64,000 nt of DNA. It comes from Heptranchias perlo. Lineage: Eukaryota. The stretch lies in assembly GCF_035084215.1 (NCBI RefSeq), contig NC_090329.1:44516001-44580000 (forward strand), in the 5' to 3' direction. Both the position numbers and the translations under genes were made by a program. Of this stretch, positions 46,801 through 59,347 are shown one piece after another. The notes beneath the pieces were generated by a model. That model ran no database searches, was not told where the DNA came from, and saw only the letters and a program-made list of their open reading frames with translations. How positions within the stretch are numbered: position 1 is the first letter of the stretch; each line of letters starts with the position of its first letter.

Positions 46801-47790
46801 TGACCAAAAACTATTAAAAGGATTAATGAGACTCCACATTTTTATAAGTTAATTTTTAGTTGTTTGGCAGTCATTAAGACTTACTAGTGAAACTTACTTG
46901 TATTTTTAAGCATACCTGTTTTGTGGCGATATTAGTTACTTTCCAGCTGGGCAAATGAGCAAGTTGGTGCTTTTTCAATGATTTCCCTGATTGCAGCTGG
47001 CAATATCCCTTTAATTCTAAGCTGTCATCTCGCCGGTGAACCAGTAGGCGCAAGTTCTGGATTTCCGCGTTTCACTGCACATGTGCAAACACTGGAACTT
47101 GCTCCTTGATTTCGCCACTAACAATGGTGAGCTCACTGTTATTTTGCAAGCAATTTCTGCCCCAATGTTTCATCCTGGTGCCCAACCCTTGTCAAAATCA
47201 GTTTAAACCCTTCCTCACAGCACTAGTTAACCTCCCCATGAGGACATTAGTCCCAGCTCTGTTGAAGTGCAATATGTCCATCTTGAACAGGTCCCTCCTG
47301 CCCCAGAACTGGACCCAATGCCCCAGAAATCTGAAGCCCTCCCTCCACACCTTTTCTCCAGCCATGCGTTAACCTGTCTTATCCTACTATTCCTGTACTC
47401 ACTACCGTGTGGCACTGGGAGTAATCCAGAGATAACTACCTTTGAGATCCTGCTTTTTAAACTTCCTCCCTAGCTCCTGAAACTCATCAATTGCAAGACC
47501 TCAACCCCTTTGCTTCCTAGGTCATGGGTTCCCACATGGACCACGATTTCTGTCTGTTCCCCTTCCTCCCTCAAAATATTCTGCACCCTCTCAGTGATGT
47601 CCTTTACCCTGGCACCAGGGAGGCAACACACCATGTTGGACTCACATCGCCGGTTGCAGAAACACCTGTCTGATTCCGTCTATTGAATCCCCTATAACCA
47701 CTGCATTCCTACACTTCACTGTGCCCCCGTATGCAGTCCTTTGCCCCAGGGTGCCATGCTCCAGATTGCAGTCCTCACCGGTATTCAATG
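43820..47790 (-). mobile_element. Long degenerate CR1 LINE (ORF1 esterase-like region plus ORF2), interrupted by a MITE
   Basis: RNSRIRQVNAWLEKRC (ORF1 SGNH-like); HGFVKGKSCLT, DFQKAFDKVP and LYKTLVLPQLKYCVQFW (ORF2). Confidence 0.95.
46448..47163. mobile_element. 716-bp non-autonomous DNA transposon (Harbinger-like MITE)
   Basis: Perfect 15-bp TIR GGGGCAGAAATTGCT / AGCAATTTCTGCCCC, flanked by ACT and AAT. CR1 sequence continues on both sides. Confidence 0.88.
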
Positions 47791-48758
47791 CTGAAAACTA
47801 ATGTACAAACTAATATATAAAGTGTATAAAAGTAATAAATGAAGAGTGCTCATTACATTTGCCATTTTTTATACTTAAAATCTAGTAGCAATAAGTAGGG
47901 TGCATTTTAGAATCTGAAGATTGAGGTCTTGTGCGTGCACAGTCAGGACTGTAATGGAGATTGGGGTTCCTATCACTGGATCGTTTCTGGCTTCATGATT
48001 TACAGTTGCAGTACATTACAACCATGAAAATCGGTTTATTCTGTATTAACAGGGTCCTACAACATCACTACTAAGAATTTAGAAACTTGCGATGGAACTA
48101 ACTTGACATGCAACAGCTTATGAGAGCCAGGAGTGGTGGTAATCATTTAAAAATAAAAGTATTAAAAAATGCATTTCTAAGCCTAATTACAGTAGTAGCT
48201 AAAAAAGGGAAAGGTTCTCAGACTTTCTTGAAAATGATTTTGGGACCTGCAGCTTCTAAGCTGTGATTGTTCAGCTCTCAGTCTTCCCTGAATCTTGAGC
48301 ACTGTTATAGGTATCAAGACACAACCCACAGGGCAGATGTATGGTATTAACAGTTTAACAGCTGACATGTGTCCAAGATTCCTGAACTAAATCAATGTTT
48401 CAGTTATGAAATCTCAAATCTGTACTGAATTAATCCATCAAACTTCATCAGATAGGCACTTTAAACCAAAATTTCATTTAATTGGTCTCTGCTATGCTTT
48501 TTAAATCACAAATATATTCAAGCCAAGTTGCAATATTCTCATTGTGCTGCTTTGCAGCTCAGTTCTAACCTAATATCAAATTTCAAGTACGGTAACTGAT
48601 ACAAATTGCTTCCACCAGTGACTGAGCTCTGGCAAAACCAAAACCTGATTTTCTGTTGTGTTATATGCTATCTGGTGTATTCTGAAATTTGTTTCTTGAA
48701 CGGTTTGGTCTATTTGCCAATGTTAAGACGCACTTTATAAAATGATTTGTACTCTCAC

Positions 48759-48956
48759 CAGAAGTATCAGATCATGAGGATACTTGATGGCATGCCACAT
48801 TCTCTTGTGTAGCTATGGTAAATACACGGCAGTACATGGTAAATAATTGTCTATTTAAACTGGTGTGTGCCAATATAAAAGACCGGATACACACACTGCA
48901 TACTGTACGATTTACAGATGACTGATTTAAATGCTCTCAGAATCCACTATTCCAGC
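48759..48956 (-). pseudogene. Candidate pseudo-exon
   Basis: gaaacaag|...CTTCTG|gtgaga; fragments WILRAFKSVICKSY and LHKRMWHAIKYPHDLILL in different frames. Confidence 0.45.
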
Positions 48957-49789
48957 CTTGTTTCAAAGTAGATTTATAGAATATATAATTTTACTTAAAT
49001 AAAAGACACCAAATTCAGACAGCAGTTATCTGTTGGCATTGATGCCAGCCTATGGTATAGTGACTAAAAGAGTAAATATAATAGTTTAAAGTCAGAGCAA
49101 CAAACAATTTTTCAGAAAAAAACAACTTCTTATTGTATGTGCTGGAAAAAGAGAAAGATACTTCTTTATTGTATCACAGTTCTGATCACAAATGCATACC
49201 GTACATTATAATTTAATAAATCATTAGGTCATCACAGTCCACAATATATTGCTAAATGCAAATTTGAAGCAGTGTATCAGGTGCCGATTCCATTAGCAAT
49301 TCATACAGCAGTAAAATGTTTCAACACACACTGCAGTAATAAGTTTCTGCACCAATATGATTACATAAGAGATACATTTATCACTATCGCACAAAACACA
49401 GTTACGCTAAAATAGAATATGATTAGTTTTTCAGTCTACTGTATGTTTTAATATGAATTCATTGGATATTGAAACATTTACCAGTAATATGAAATGTGTA
49501 TTATATATTAATAAATATATAATCACCAGACAGAAAAAATCCTTTTTCATCTGTTCATTTTTAAAGCAGGTATATCTAAATATAGAAATGTTTTGTACAC
49601 TCCTGATTTGGAAAATGTCATTAACGTTATTTGTTTCCCAAGAAATCATAACCCAATTTGGGGACAGGATGGTAGCGTAGGTTTGCGTAGTAATTTTTCC
49701 ATTTCCGTGACCAGGGCCCACGTTCAGCCTAGGCTGATGGAATTTAAGTCCCTCTCCTCTCTCTGATGGCTGCAAGGATTATATATTAT

Positions 49790-50135
49790 TCAGTTGGTTA
49801 AGACAGCGAGTACTTGAACCATAGAGAGAGAAAGGAACCAGATTCGAATCACTGATTTGTACTGAGTTAGCTGATGTCAACAGGGGTCCAGTAGGGATGT
49901 TAAAATTGCCATGGTTCCCATTTCTGTTTGTTGTCCAAAGACACATGTGGGAAATGTGGACCTTGGGTGAGGACAAGATTTGGGTTTGACCATGATACCC
50001 CTGTGGTCAACTAGCCTGCTAACATTCACCGTTTAAGCTCGCAAGAAGAATGCCAACCTGGATAATACTGGAGGGTGCCTAGCGCCTTTAGAACTGTATC
50101 TCATCAAGAGGAGAATGCCTTGGGAGAAGGAAAGG
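49790..50135 (+). mobile_element. LF-SINE-like element, near full length
   Basis: tgtactgagttagctgat...gccatggttccc...gggtgaggacaagatt...tagcctgctaacattcac...gaagaatgccaacctgg. Confidence 0.75.
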
Positions 50136-51575
50136 GAGAATAAAATTCCATGGACAAAGGAGGAGAAAATAAAAATCAGTTTGCCCAGTCTCAACCCAGC
50201 TTCTTTGGAGTGTGGCCCCACAGCACAAATTGGTGCAAATCTGCCAATCTCACTCAAAGGTCACAGGATGGACTTTGTGGGAAGTGGGGCAGTAGTGGGT
50301 GCTCTTCTGATACTGGGGCTAAAGCACAGTTAACACAGAATAGACAAAACTTTGTTCTGAATGTAATCTGTGCTATATACTTGACCTGGGATGCTTGATG
50401 CTGATGGTGGGAAAACACTACCGCTGCGCTGACATGCCTCACCTTGATGACCACGAACATACACACGAGAGCAAAACACAAATTATTTTTATTTGCCACT
50501 CAGATACTCAACTAGAAACGTGTTCCAATCGACTTTACACCATATATTGTGTGCAGCACATTTTTATAAGCTATGCTTTGCCCTTTCTGTATATCAGCTA
50601 TGTCTGTCAAACAAAACGTTTTCAACCTAATCGAGTTTTTTGCACAATATAAAAAAAAGGTACACAACACTTTCTACCATCCGTCACATTGCCGATCTTG
50701 TTCAGTAACTGGCTCAACCAGCTGGTGAAGAAACTCAATTTTTTTTTCAATAGCAGCAGTTGCTTGAACCACGTAAAAAAAAAAGTTTACAAAAATAAAA
50801 CAAAAACATTCATGACTGACGGATTCGGCAAGTGGCAAGCCATGTGTTTGAGTAAAGATCGTTTACTGAGAGTGTTACACTATAGCTTAATAGAGCCAAA
50901 ATAATAGAGACAATTTTAGCAAAACACACCTGTTGTACAAAAATCATCTGCCTCACTAAACTCATTTGAAATACTTGCACTTTTACACGTTCTACGGCAT
51001 TTATATATAGTGGATCACAGTTACACTGGATAATTAATGTTTGCCAAAGCTAAAATTCTCTCCAATTCCCATCAAAGCTTAAATTCCCCCCCAATTCATT
51101 TAGGAGAAATGAGGGTCATTTAACGTATAGATTTGCTGTCTCAATCCTTCTTAGACACTTACAACTGCTATTGTTAATCTCCCATGGCATTGCTCATGGA
51201 TTTATATATAATGGCCTCTTATATCTCCCCATTGTTACTAGTGGGCGTAATCAGTAGTGCAGTCCTTGGCTACACCAGTTCACTCCCTCTGCCTCAATCT
51301 TTTTTTCTCCTGCCGATAAGCACAATACATATCCCATTTCACTGATACTTTATTTTATCTAACTCCTTCTCTCCATTTCACAGCTGTGTCATGATTTGCT
51401 GTATATTTGCACATCTTCTGGCCTAATTGCTATCCGGCACTGCTTTCTGTTTGCTTTCCTCAACTATGCACTTGGAAACCAAGCTAGTCAGCAATTCAGT
51501 TAGGCCTACAATGAGCTCCCAACTATTTTCATCAGCAAACTCCTTTCTTTATTTAATCGTTTTACATCAAATAAC

Positions 51576-51683
51576 CTGGAGATGCCACGTCTAACTTGGC
51601 TGCTTTGTATGGTTTTGTGGGCTTTTGATTGGTCTTCTGTGTTATGTAATTAGCACGGACCAGTTCTGGGATCTGGTTGGTCC
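51576..51683 (-). pseudogene. Candidate exon, 108 nt, phase 1-1, open
   Basis: gttagtag|TNQIPELVRANYITQKTNQKPTKPYKAAKLDVASP|gttatt; weak splice sites. Confidence 0.4.
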
Positions 51684-53589
51684 CTACTAACCAAGTGACA
51701 CCACAGACCAGAACCCAGCACTGGTCTGTGTTAATCATGCAACATAACAGACTAATTAACATATTACAGCATTACTCTCCAAATTATTACAGTGCTACTT
51801 TCCACAATATTAGCTAGCTCTATGATATTACTGTTACACTTTACTCACTCACAATATCAGGACCAGTCTCTGCAATGTTAATGTTACTCTACAATAGAGT
51901 AACATCAATATTGAAAAGTTACTTTCTATAATTAGTATTGCTCTACAACATTATTGTTACTCTCTACAATAGCTTTACAATACTACAGCTTTTCTTTCAC
52001 TCCTACATAAAACTCTAATATTGATTAAAAAGAAAAAACTCCAGGATATTCTACATTTGTGGCAATGTAAATATCATATTCTAAACTCTAATAACTAGCC
52101 AGAGCACTGAATCATGCACTCCCTAAATTTTTGTATCAGAACACACTTTAGAAATAATCTACTAAAATATGTGTATGAAACTACAAAATTAGCAACACCC
52201 TTAAACGGAAACAGGCTGCATTTGGAATCATGCATGCTGTGCAGTGAAGGCTGTGCGCAGTTTCAAATTAATGAATTTCAGATAGCTGTGCAATTTTGTA
52301 CAAGTACAAATTTATGCCCCAGCATTGAGCTTTGTGGACCATCATTTCACAATCAGTAAAGTTTTGTTAAAATTAAAAACTGCAATCGCCCTGAAAAACA
52401 AAAGGAGTAAAACCAACTACACAAACTACAAACAACCACCAACTATAAAATGGATTTTACCTTTTGACTGGTCAGTGAAGGACTTCCAAAAGCAGCTAAA
52501 ATCTAAATAATTTGCTGGCTGAAATCTGCAAATAAAAAAAAAAATGATTAACTTTACTCAGTTAAATCCCAGCTGAGGAAATTTTTTAATAGCACTCTGT
52601 GCAATTGTGCAAAATGCACAGACCTTTTGTGGCTTATGAAAACTTTCATTAGGAAATTTTCTTTTCCTGTACTCAATTATCAAGAAACATTGTGTAAACA
52701 ATTTTAAAATGTACATTTTAAAGATATCTTTTGACTTTTGAAGTGGAAAGAGTTCCAAAACCAATGGCACCCTTACATAGATCAACCTGAAGAGTCCTTC
52801 AGGACAGAGCAGGCTGCTCAGTAGGACTAATTGCAGACATATCCAAAAAGACAATTCTTTCTTTACTTCAGTCTAACATGAACTGTAGCTCAATGTGCAC
52901 AGAAACCACACCAATTTTGTGAGCATTATATAGTTAAAAGAATCCTATCCTGGGGATGTATTCCAAATTGTGTGCAACATGCATAAACGTTGGCATTTTA
53001 AAATATCAGACTACTTTCTCATGTGACATGTACTATATCTTCAGTCATTTTCTCAATATTATTCACAAGTGCGAACAGAATTGTGGAACAAAATGAGTAT
53101 CGCCTGGATTTCGACAACAGTACAGTGCAAATAGCGCCCATTAGTTCTGGATATGTCACTTAAATTCTCACTTTAGTTTCATACTGTGAATTTTTTGTTG
53201 TTGTACCCAATATATTTTTCAGAGTACGCACATACGTTTTAAGTTACCTCATGAAAGCATACGGTACTACAGGATATCACACTGGTGATGGTGCGTTGTT
53301 CTTTCATTTACTTTCAAAATGTGTTTTCCTGTTGATCAAAGTACTGTGGACTCCGAAGCAGTGGTGCCTGAGCCAATAATAATTGAAGAGTGCCAAATGG
53401 CAATGACAGAAGTCATTATTATGTGGCCCACACAACCAGCACAAAGAACTGAAGATCAGGAGGCAGATTAGCAGCGCTAGTGATAGTATTAGACTGCCAA
53501 TTAAAAGAGTCACAAGTAGCAACCCAAGCTCTGGCTGCCATTTGAGTTTCCCTACCTTCACCGGACGAATTTCATCAGCGCTCAGCTCG

Positions 53590-53830
53590 ATGAATGTCGG
53601 CAAGCTATAAGTCCAGTTTAGCCCAAGCCTGTCCGCACATGCACACTTTTAAGTGGGGTGACTGGGTTGCAAGCAGGAATTCAACCATTGGATGATTAAT
53701 CTCTATAGCCTAGGAACCACAAGGTTAATTGTAATGTTCCCGTCAGTGGTCCAGCTCAGATCCACAAACTCAGCACAATGAACACACTTTGGCATCTTCC
53801 TGATCTGTACAGCGGAGTATTACAAAATGT
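53590..53830 (-). mobile_element. Degenerate LF-SINE-like element
   Basis: Reverse-complement motifs gcacactttt..gtggggt and cagctcagatccacaaactcagcaca. Confidence 0.45.
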
Positions 53831-54689
53831 GATATACTTCCTGCGCCATCAATCACCACTAACCTCTGTTCCCCCAATCCTTCCTTTACATGGTGTAGCT
53901 TTTCACTTGATTAAATCTCTCCCAGTCACCTTCCTTCTTTTGCTCAGGTGATCAACAATTTTCTTTGATCAGTTTTCCTTCCTTTCTGTCAGATTTTCTC
54001 CCAAACCATATTGGATCTACACCTGCTCAATAAATTTCAAGGATTCCCTTATTTGGTAAAACTACTCCTTCCTCTATACTACCTCTGGACTGCCATCTAT
54101 CCATTCTGAACAATTTAACCCAGCTATATGAAATTAATATTGAACCTCTCATCTTAACTGTGTTTATTAAACTAATTATATTTACCTTTTAATTCCACCC
54201 TGGGGTCCATTACCTTGTTTCTTATATTAATACAAAAACAGTCATACTATAATGACCCTTATTAATTGCTCATTTATCTTTACCTCTTCTGTTCCTAAAG
54301 TCAGATTCTTCATAACACAAGCTCTCTGCAGCACTTCAGTCTGAACAAGGATTTTTAAAAATTTAGATTTTATTGTTCTCCCTTATTATCTTGCCCATTT
54401 TTCCCATCCACCTCTCATTTCATCCCATCCATTTTAGAAGCTGCATCTGTGCATCTTTCCTGTGTCTTTTCACTGCCTCACTTAGCTATTTTCATACTTG
54501 TGTCCTTTTAATGCCTTTGCACTGCATCACTCCAGTCTTTCTAAAGAAAACCCACTGACTGACCATTCAACATATTAACTTCCTAACTTTTTCTCTGTGA
54601 TTCTTGACTTCTACCAGCTGTTGTTTTCCCCACCCCGGTCCAGCCATCTTCATTTTTATCAGTCCTATGAGAGGACTTGCTTATCTTCC

Positions 54690-54786
54690 GGTTTCCAGTT
54701 CTGACGAAGGTTTTACACCTCAAACATTAACCTGTCCTTTCTCTTTTCAGATGCTGATGTGTACTTCCAGCATTTTGTTTTTATTA
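54690..54786 (+). mobile_element. Penelope-type 3' end with a degenerate hammerhead motif
   Basis: CTGACGA-AGGT..ACCT-CAAAC (GAAAC mutated), then attaacctgtcc...cagatgctg...ccagcattttgtttttatt, as at 23.2 and 24.2 kb. Confidence 0.65.
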
Positions 54787-54989
54787 CGAACTTGGGTATT
54801 ATTTTTTAGTCCCTGTATATCCTGGCACAGCCCACCATTGTTAAACAGCTCAAGCTTTCTCAAAGAACCAGTTCAATTTTCAACATAATGAATTCCTTCT
54901 CTGCTATTAACCTTTAACTACAAGATTACTCAGTTTTACAAAAATCATTGACTGAGCAGCTGGAAGCATCCCCAATAGCACTCACTTAC

Positions 54990-55133
54990 CACTTTAATCT
55001 AACAATCTCCTAACGGTTTCTCTGTAGGACCTTGGAGTGCCTCTTGTCTATATCATTCATTCCAACGTGCAAAACACTGACACGGTAGCTTAGTGAAATG
55101 AAGTTTTCAAAAGAATCTGATCAGTCTGCATTC
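54990..55133 (-). pseudogene. Candidate pseudo-exon, 144 nt
   Basis: gaacttcag|ECRLIRFF*KLHFTKLPCQCFARWNE*YRQEALQGPTEKPLGDC*IKV|gtaagt. Confidence 0.55.
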
Positions 55134-55391
55134 CTGAAGTTCGCATGTGGAGAGGAAGCATTATAAGTTACATCCCTCCAACTCATTCCATTTTGTGGCA
55201 AAGGGAATTAAAAATGTAATAGGCACCATAACAAAGAACTGAAACTTGGCCTTTGCATTTCTGCTGTTTTATGTTTAGTATTACAAGTGTGGACAACTAC
55301 AACAAAGAGGTGAATATTTTGATAGGTAAAGAGAACAGTCTGTACTCATGGACTTGAAACCACAACAGACTGGCTTATAAATGGACAGTAC

Positions 55392-55585
55392 CCCTTATCT
55401 CAGATAAGAGTTCAACAGTTGATAAAATATAGCCTTAACAGCTGGTCTTTAGCTTAACATCTTCATGCAGACATCCAGGATTCCCCAGAGGTTGCTTAAG
55501 CAAAGAGTCGGAGTGTTTCACATATTCCATCAACATGCCATGCGTTGAGTTTTCCAGTTACAGCATTAGATTTCTCTTCTCCCCT
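55392..55585 (-). pseudogene. Candidate pseudo-exon
   Basis: cccttattgtacgcag|RGEEKSNAVTGKLNAWHVDGICETLRLFA*...|gtactg. Confidence 0.45.
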
Positions 55586-56629
55586 CTGCGTACAATAAGG
55601 GCAGAGGGGGGAGGGGGGCAGGGGGAAGAGAAGAGGCAGGACAGACTTACAAATGCTTAAATATATAAACTCAAAATTAAGTCATTAATGGAGTCACCAA
55701 TAGTCAAACCTTGTCCATTATGCTTATGAAACCATGTATTTGCAGTACATCAAGAAATCATGTGTGATGCTTTGTATATTAGATTATGACTAATGAAGGG
55801 TCACATTCACAAAATTTTACGCAGTGTGCGCCATCAGGGCTTCCACTGCACGTAGATCGCTGTGCCAAAGGAAAGGTAAGGGTCAACCCTAATGAATGTG
55901 GGCTGTCAGGAAAGAAGTCTTTTTAAAAAATGTGCAAACACAACAGATTACATTAATCCTTAATGCACTGATTTGCACACTTTTGCATGTGAGGGAAGTC
56001 CCTGCAAATATTGTCACATTACCAGGGAACTCCATCTTAACTTGTGAAACACAGTCAGCTACCCAAAGAAAAGTAATGCTAAAACTTCAGAATCAACATT
56101 TTTTTAATATAAGTATGCAGCAACAGAAGTAAGGTGCTAGTAAGTCAACCAATACAGGAAAATACAGAAATAAAATATAGAATACAAAATTCTCAAGACA
56201 CTATACATGCAGCATGCCAGGCCTCAGATGAAGAAAAAGTCCTTCACAGACTACCCTGGGTACCTGTGGGTTACAGTTTGAAAACCTATGTCTTAATAAG
56301 ACTAGTTGTAACAGTGGTTGTGATAAGTATGTGAAGCATCTGATTATACAGCAGGATATGGTCAAATCAAATTATTTCAGATTTATTTCTTTTCAATCCA
56401 TTATTAGTGCTAGGTTATCCAGCCCTAAACATGTCAACTAATGACTACACTGTTTGATGTTACTTTGCCACATAATGTCTGCATAGTTAAATATTAGGAA
56501 TTCTAGTCTCACAACACAATAAATGTGAGGCACTAAACTGAAATGTTTTATATAAGAGCAGCCCTGACACTGTATGCATGTTACTACTGTACATTACTTG
56601 AATTTACAAGAAACCTTTCAAATCTTTAC

Positions 56630-56722
56630 CTTTCCATAGCGTGACACAATTTTCAAGTGTAACCCATTTCTAGTGGCTCAATTTGAAGTAGCTTCAATCT
56701 CATAAGTCCTACAGTATTTCTC
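56630..56722 (-). pseudogene. Candidate pseudo-exon, 93 nt
   Basis: atatttaacag|GAGAAA...GGAAAG|gtaaag; frame uncertain. Confidence 0.5.
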
Positions 56723-56879
56723 CTGTTAAATATTTACTCTAAAAGTACTTTGAAAATGTAAATATTGGGCTTTCCCGATGGTTCAGAAGGGAAAAGCACC
56801 AACTTGTATGGTAAAATGTAGTACTGAGCTGTAGAGTGTAAAAGGTTTCAATTTTGATCCTAGGTCTTGGTGACGAGTT

Positions 56880-57178
56880 AGCGAATCTCAGCCACAGTTG
56901 CATTGAGGGTACAATGAGAAGACTGAATTTAAATTTTGATTTAAAGGAAGCCAAGAAAGTAGGACCAGAAGACAAATGAAAAAGCAAATTTAGAACAGAT
57001 TAACATGGGAAAAAAACTTAAGTGCTTGGAATAGTCTACCAATGAATGTAATAAAGGCAAAAACATTGAGGTTATTCAAAATACAGTTAGATACTAAGAG
57101 GAAATATTCATGCACTAGAGGAATATGTTTCAATTGGCCAAATAGCCTTTTCTCCATCTGACTTTTCTTATGTTCTTA
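56880..57178 (+). mobile_element. Very old CR1 3' fragment
   Basis: tggaatagtctacca...ggccaaatagccttttctcc...tcttatgttctta tail. Confidence 0.55.
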
Positions 57179-57344
57179 CCAAGTAATGAGTTGCCATTTC
57201 AGGCATATTGTCAATGGTAAGCATAAAGCACAGAGAAGGCATTTCCCAACAAGACAGTTGGCAAAAACTGAAAGTCAAGTAAAGCTGGGCTAATCTTTCA
57301 CACCTCCCAATGTTCAGTGGCAGAACAGCATTGGTAGAGCTCAT

Positions 57345-57940
57345 CATAGTACAGCACAGGAGGCCACTCGGTCAGTCCTGCCAGCTCTTTGAAAGAGCTA
57401 TTCAATTAGTCCCACTCCCCTGCTCTTTCCTCATAGCCCTGTAAATTTTTCCCCTTCAAGTATTTATCCAATTCCCTTTTGAAAGTTATTATTGAATCTG
57501 CTTCCATCACCCTTTCAGGCAGTGCATTCCAGATCATTACAACTTGCTGCTTAAAAAAAATGTTTCCTCATGTCGCCTCTGGTTCTTTTGCCAATCACCT
57601 TAAATCTGTGTCCTCTGGTTACTGGCCCTTCTGCCACTGGAAACAGTTTCTCCTTATTTACTCTATCAAAACCATTCATGAGTTTGAGCACCTCTATCAA
57701 ATCTCCTCTTAACCTTCTCTGCTCTCAGGAGGACAACCCCAGCTTCTCCAATCTCTCCACATAACTAAATTCCTGGTATCATTCTAGTAAATCTTGTCTG
57801 CGCCTTCCCTAAGGCCTTGACAGTCTTCCTAAAGTGTGGTGCCCAGAATTGAACACAATATTCCATCTGAGGCCTAACCAGTGTTTTATAAAGGTTTAGG
57901 ATAACTTCTTTGCTTTTGTACTCTATGCCTCTATTAATAA
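57345..57940 (-). mobile_element. CR1 LINE 3' end
   Basis: FINRGIEYKSKEVILNLYKTLVRPQMEYCVQFWAPHF; very similar to 15990-16600. Confidence 0.93.
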
Positions 57941-58298
57941 AGTTGTGGGAAAAGTACTTGGTGCTGAGGAGCCAGGATTTAAAGGTGAAAGAAAAATAAT
58001 TCGTAGGCCCGGGGAATACAAGAAAAATATCAATGCAGTTTCTAAAGATATGGCACTTAAGTTTAAAAATAATAATCAGACTTGGTAATATCAACTACCT
58101 TGCAAATTTTAACAGAACCACAATTCAGCACAAAACAATTTTAAGCAAACGGTTTCTTCTATCCTGGCATGTAGTATACAAGCTGAATTTTTATCAAATC
58201 TACCCAAGAGTAATTTCACCTGCAGTAACACAGCTGCAATAAAATACAGCATCACCGTAGTTCTATAATTACATTCCAAAATGTAATTATAGAACTAC

Positions 58299-58467
58299 CC
58301 TCCCACATGCTATTCTGCTGTTCGGGAGTCTCCCCTGAAGATATTTCCATGGAAAATATCAATTCATTGCAAGGTACATTTGAGCAATGCAAGAAGCCCC
58401 TTTTCCAAGCCAGTTTCTCCTCATTCCACTGGATGAGCAATCAACACTGGGAAACTAATACCCTCTC
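58299..58467 (-). pseudogene. Candidate pseudo-exon, 169 nt
   Basis: ctgtgtcag|GAGAGG...GGAGG|gtagtt; frame uncertain (EGISFPVLIAHPVE*GETGLEKGLLALLK... or LLIQWNEEKLAWKRGF...). Confidence 0.4.
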
Positions 58468-58589
58468 CTGACACAGACTCCTAAATCTAATGAGGCTGGA
58501 ATTTAGATTTCTTGGCTGCAAGCCCAATGCTATCACATTGCTAAGTCAGGTGACAATGTACTTTAAACAATGGCAGATCAAGTAATTGA

Positions 58590-58740
58590 ATCTTACAGCA
58601 CAGAAGGAGGCCATTCGGTCCACTGTGCCTGTGCTAGCTCTTTGAAAGAGCTATCCAATTAACCCCACTCCCCTGCTCTTCCCTTATAGCCCTGCAAGTT
58701 TTTCCCCATGATGTACTTATCTTATTCCCTTTTGAAAGTA
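58590..58740 (-). mobile_element. CR1 3' UTR fragment
   Basis: acagcacagaaggaggccattcgg...gctctttgaaagagctatccaatt. Confidence 0.85.
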
Positions 58741-58766
58741 ATACACAGCACAAAATATCAGCTTAC

Positions 58767-58909
58767 CATTAACATTGGTTTTACCACAGTACATCCTATA
58801 CTTGGCATCTTCCCAGGTAATCATTCAACTTATCCAAACCATTCAAAACCTGCAGTGCTGTTGTCTTGACAGCTTGAAACAAGAACATGTTCTCAATGGA
58901 GCTTCCAAA
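58767..58909 (-). pseudogene. Candidate pseudo-exon, 143 nt, with a frameshift
   Basis: gcctttatttag|FGSSIENMFLFQAVKTTALQVLNGLDKL / ITWEDAKYRMYCGKTNVN|gtaagc. Confidence 0.6.
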
Positions 58910-59347
58910 CTAAATAAAGGCACGCACAATTCCTGTTGTAATTTTTCATACTACACACTGCATGTAATGGAACTCTTCCCTCTGTAAAACTTACCACAAT
59001 TAAGGAACATTTGAATATAATGTGTGCACCCATTTTGGGGAGAGGTGGCACAGAATACAGCACAATATTGTCAACCGACAAATATTAGACTAACATTTTT
59101 CAAACACAATTTGCATTATACTACGAGAGGTAACATTAATGCTTTCACTCGCGAGCTACACTCCCAACAGTGAAATACAAGGCAAACACAAAATATATAG
59201 TGCAACAGCAGTAACACAACTGTACAAAGGATCAGTACTTAATGCAGTCTCTCAGTGTTCACTGTCACTGATTGAAACAGTTCAATCCAGTCCTCAACAG
59301 AGCACTTCTCTGTAGAATCCTCCACACCAGATGCTTTTGCGATTCCT

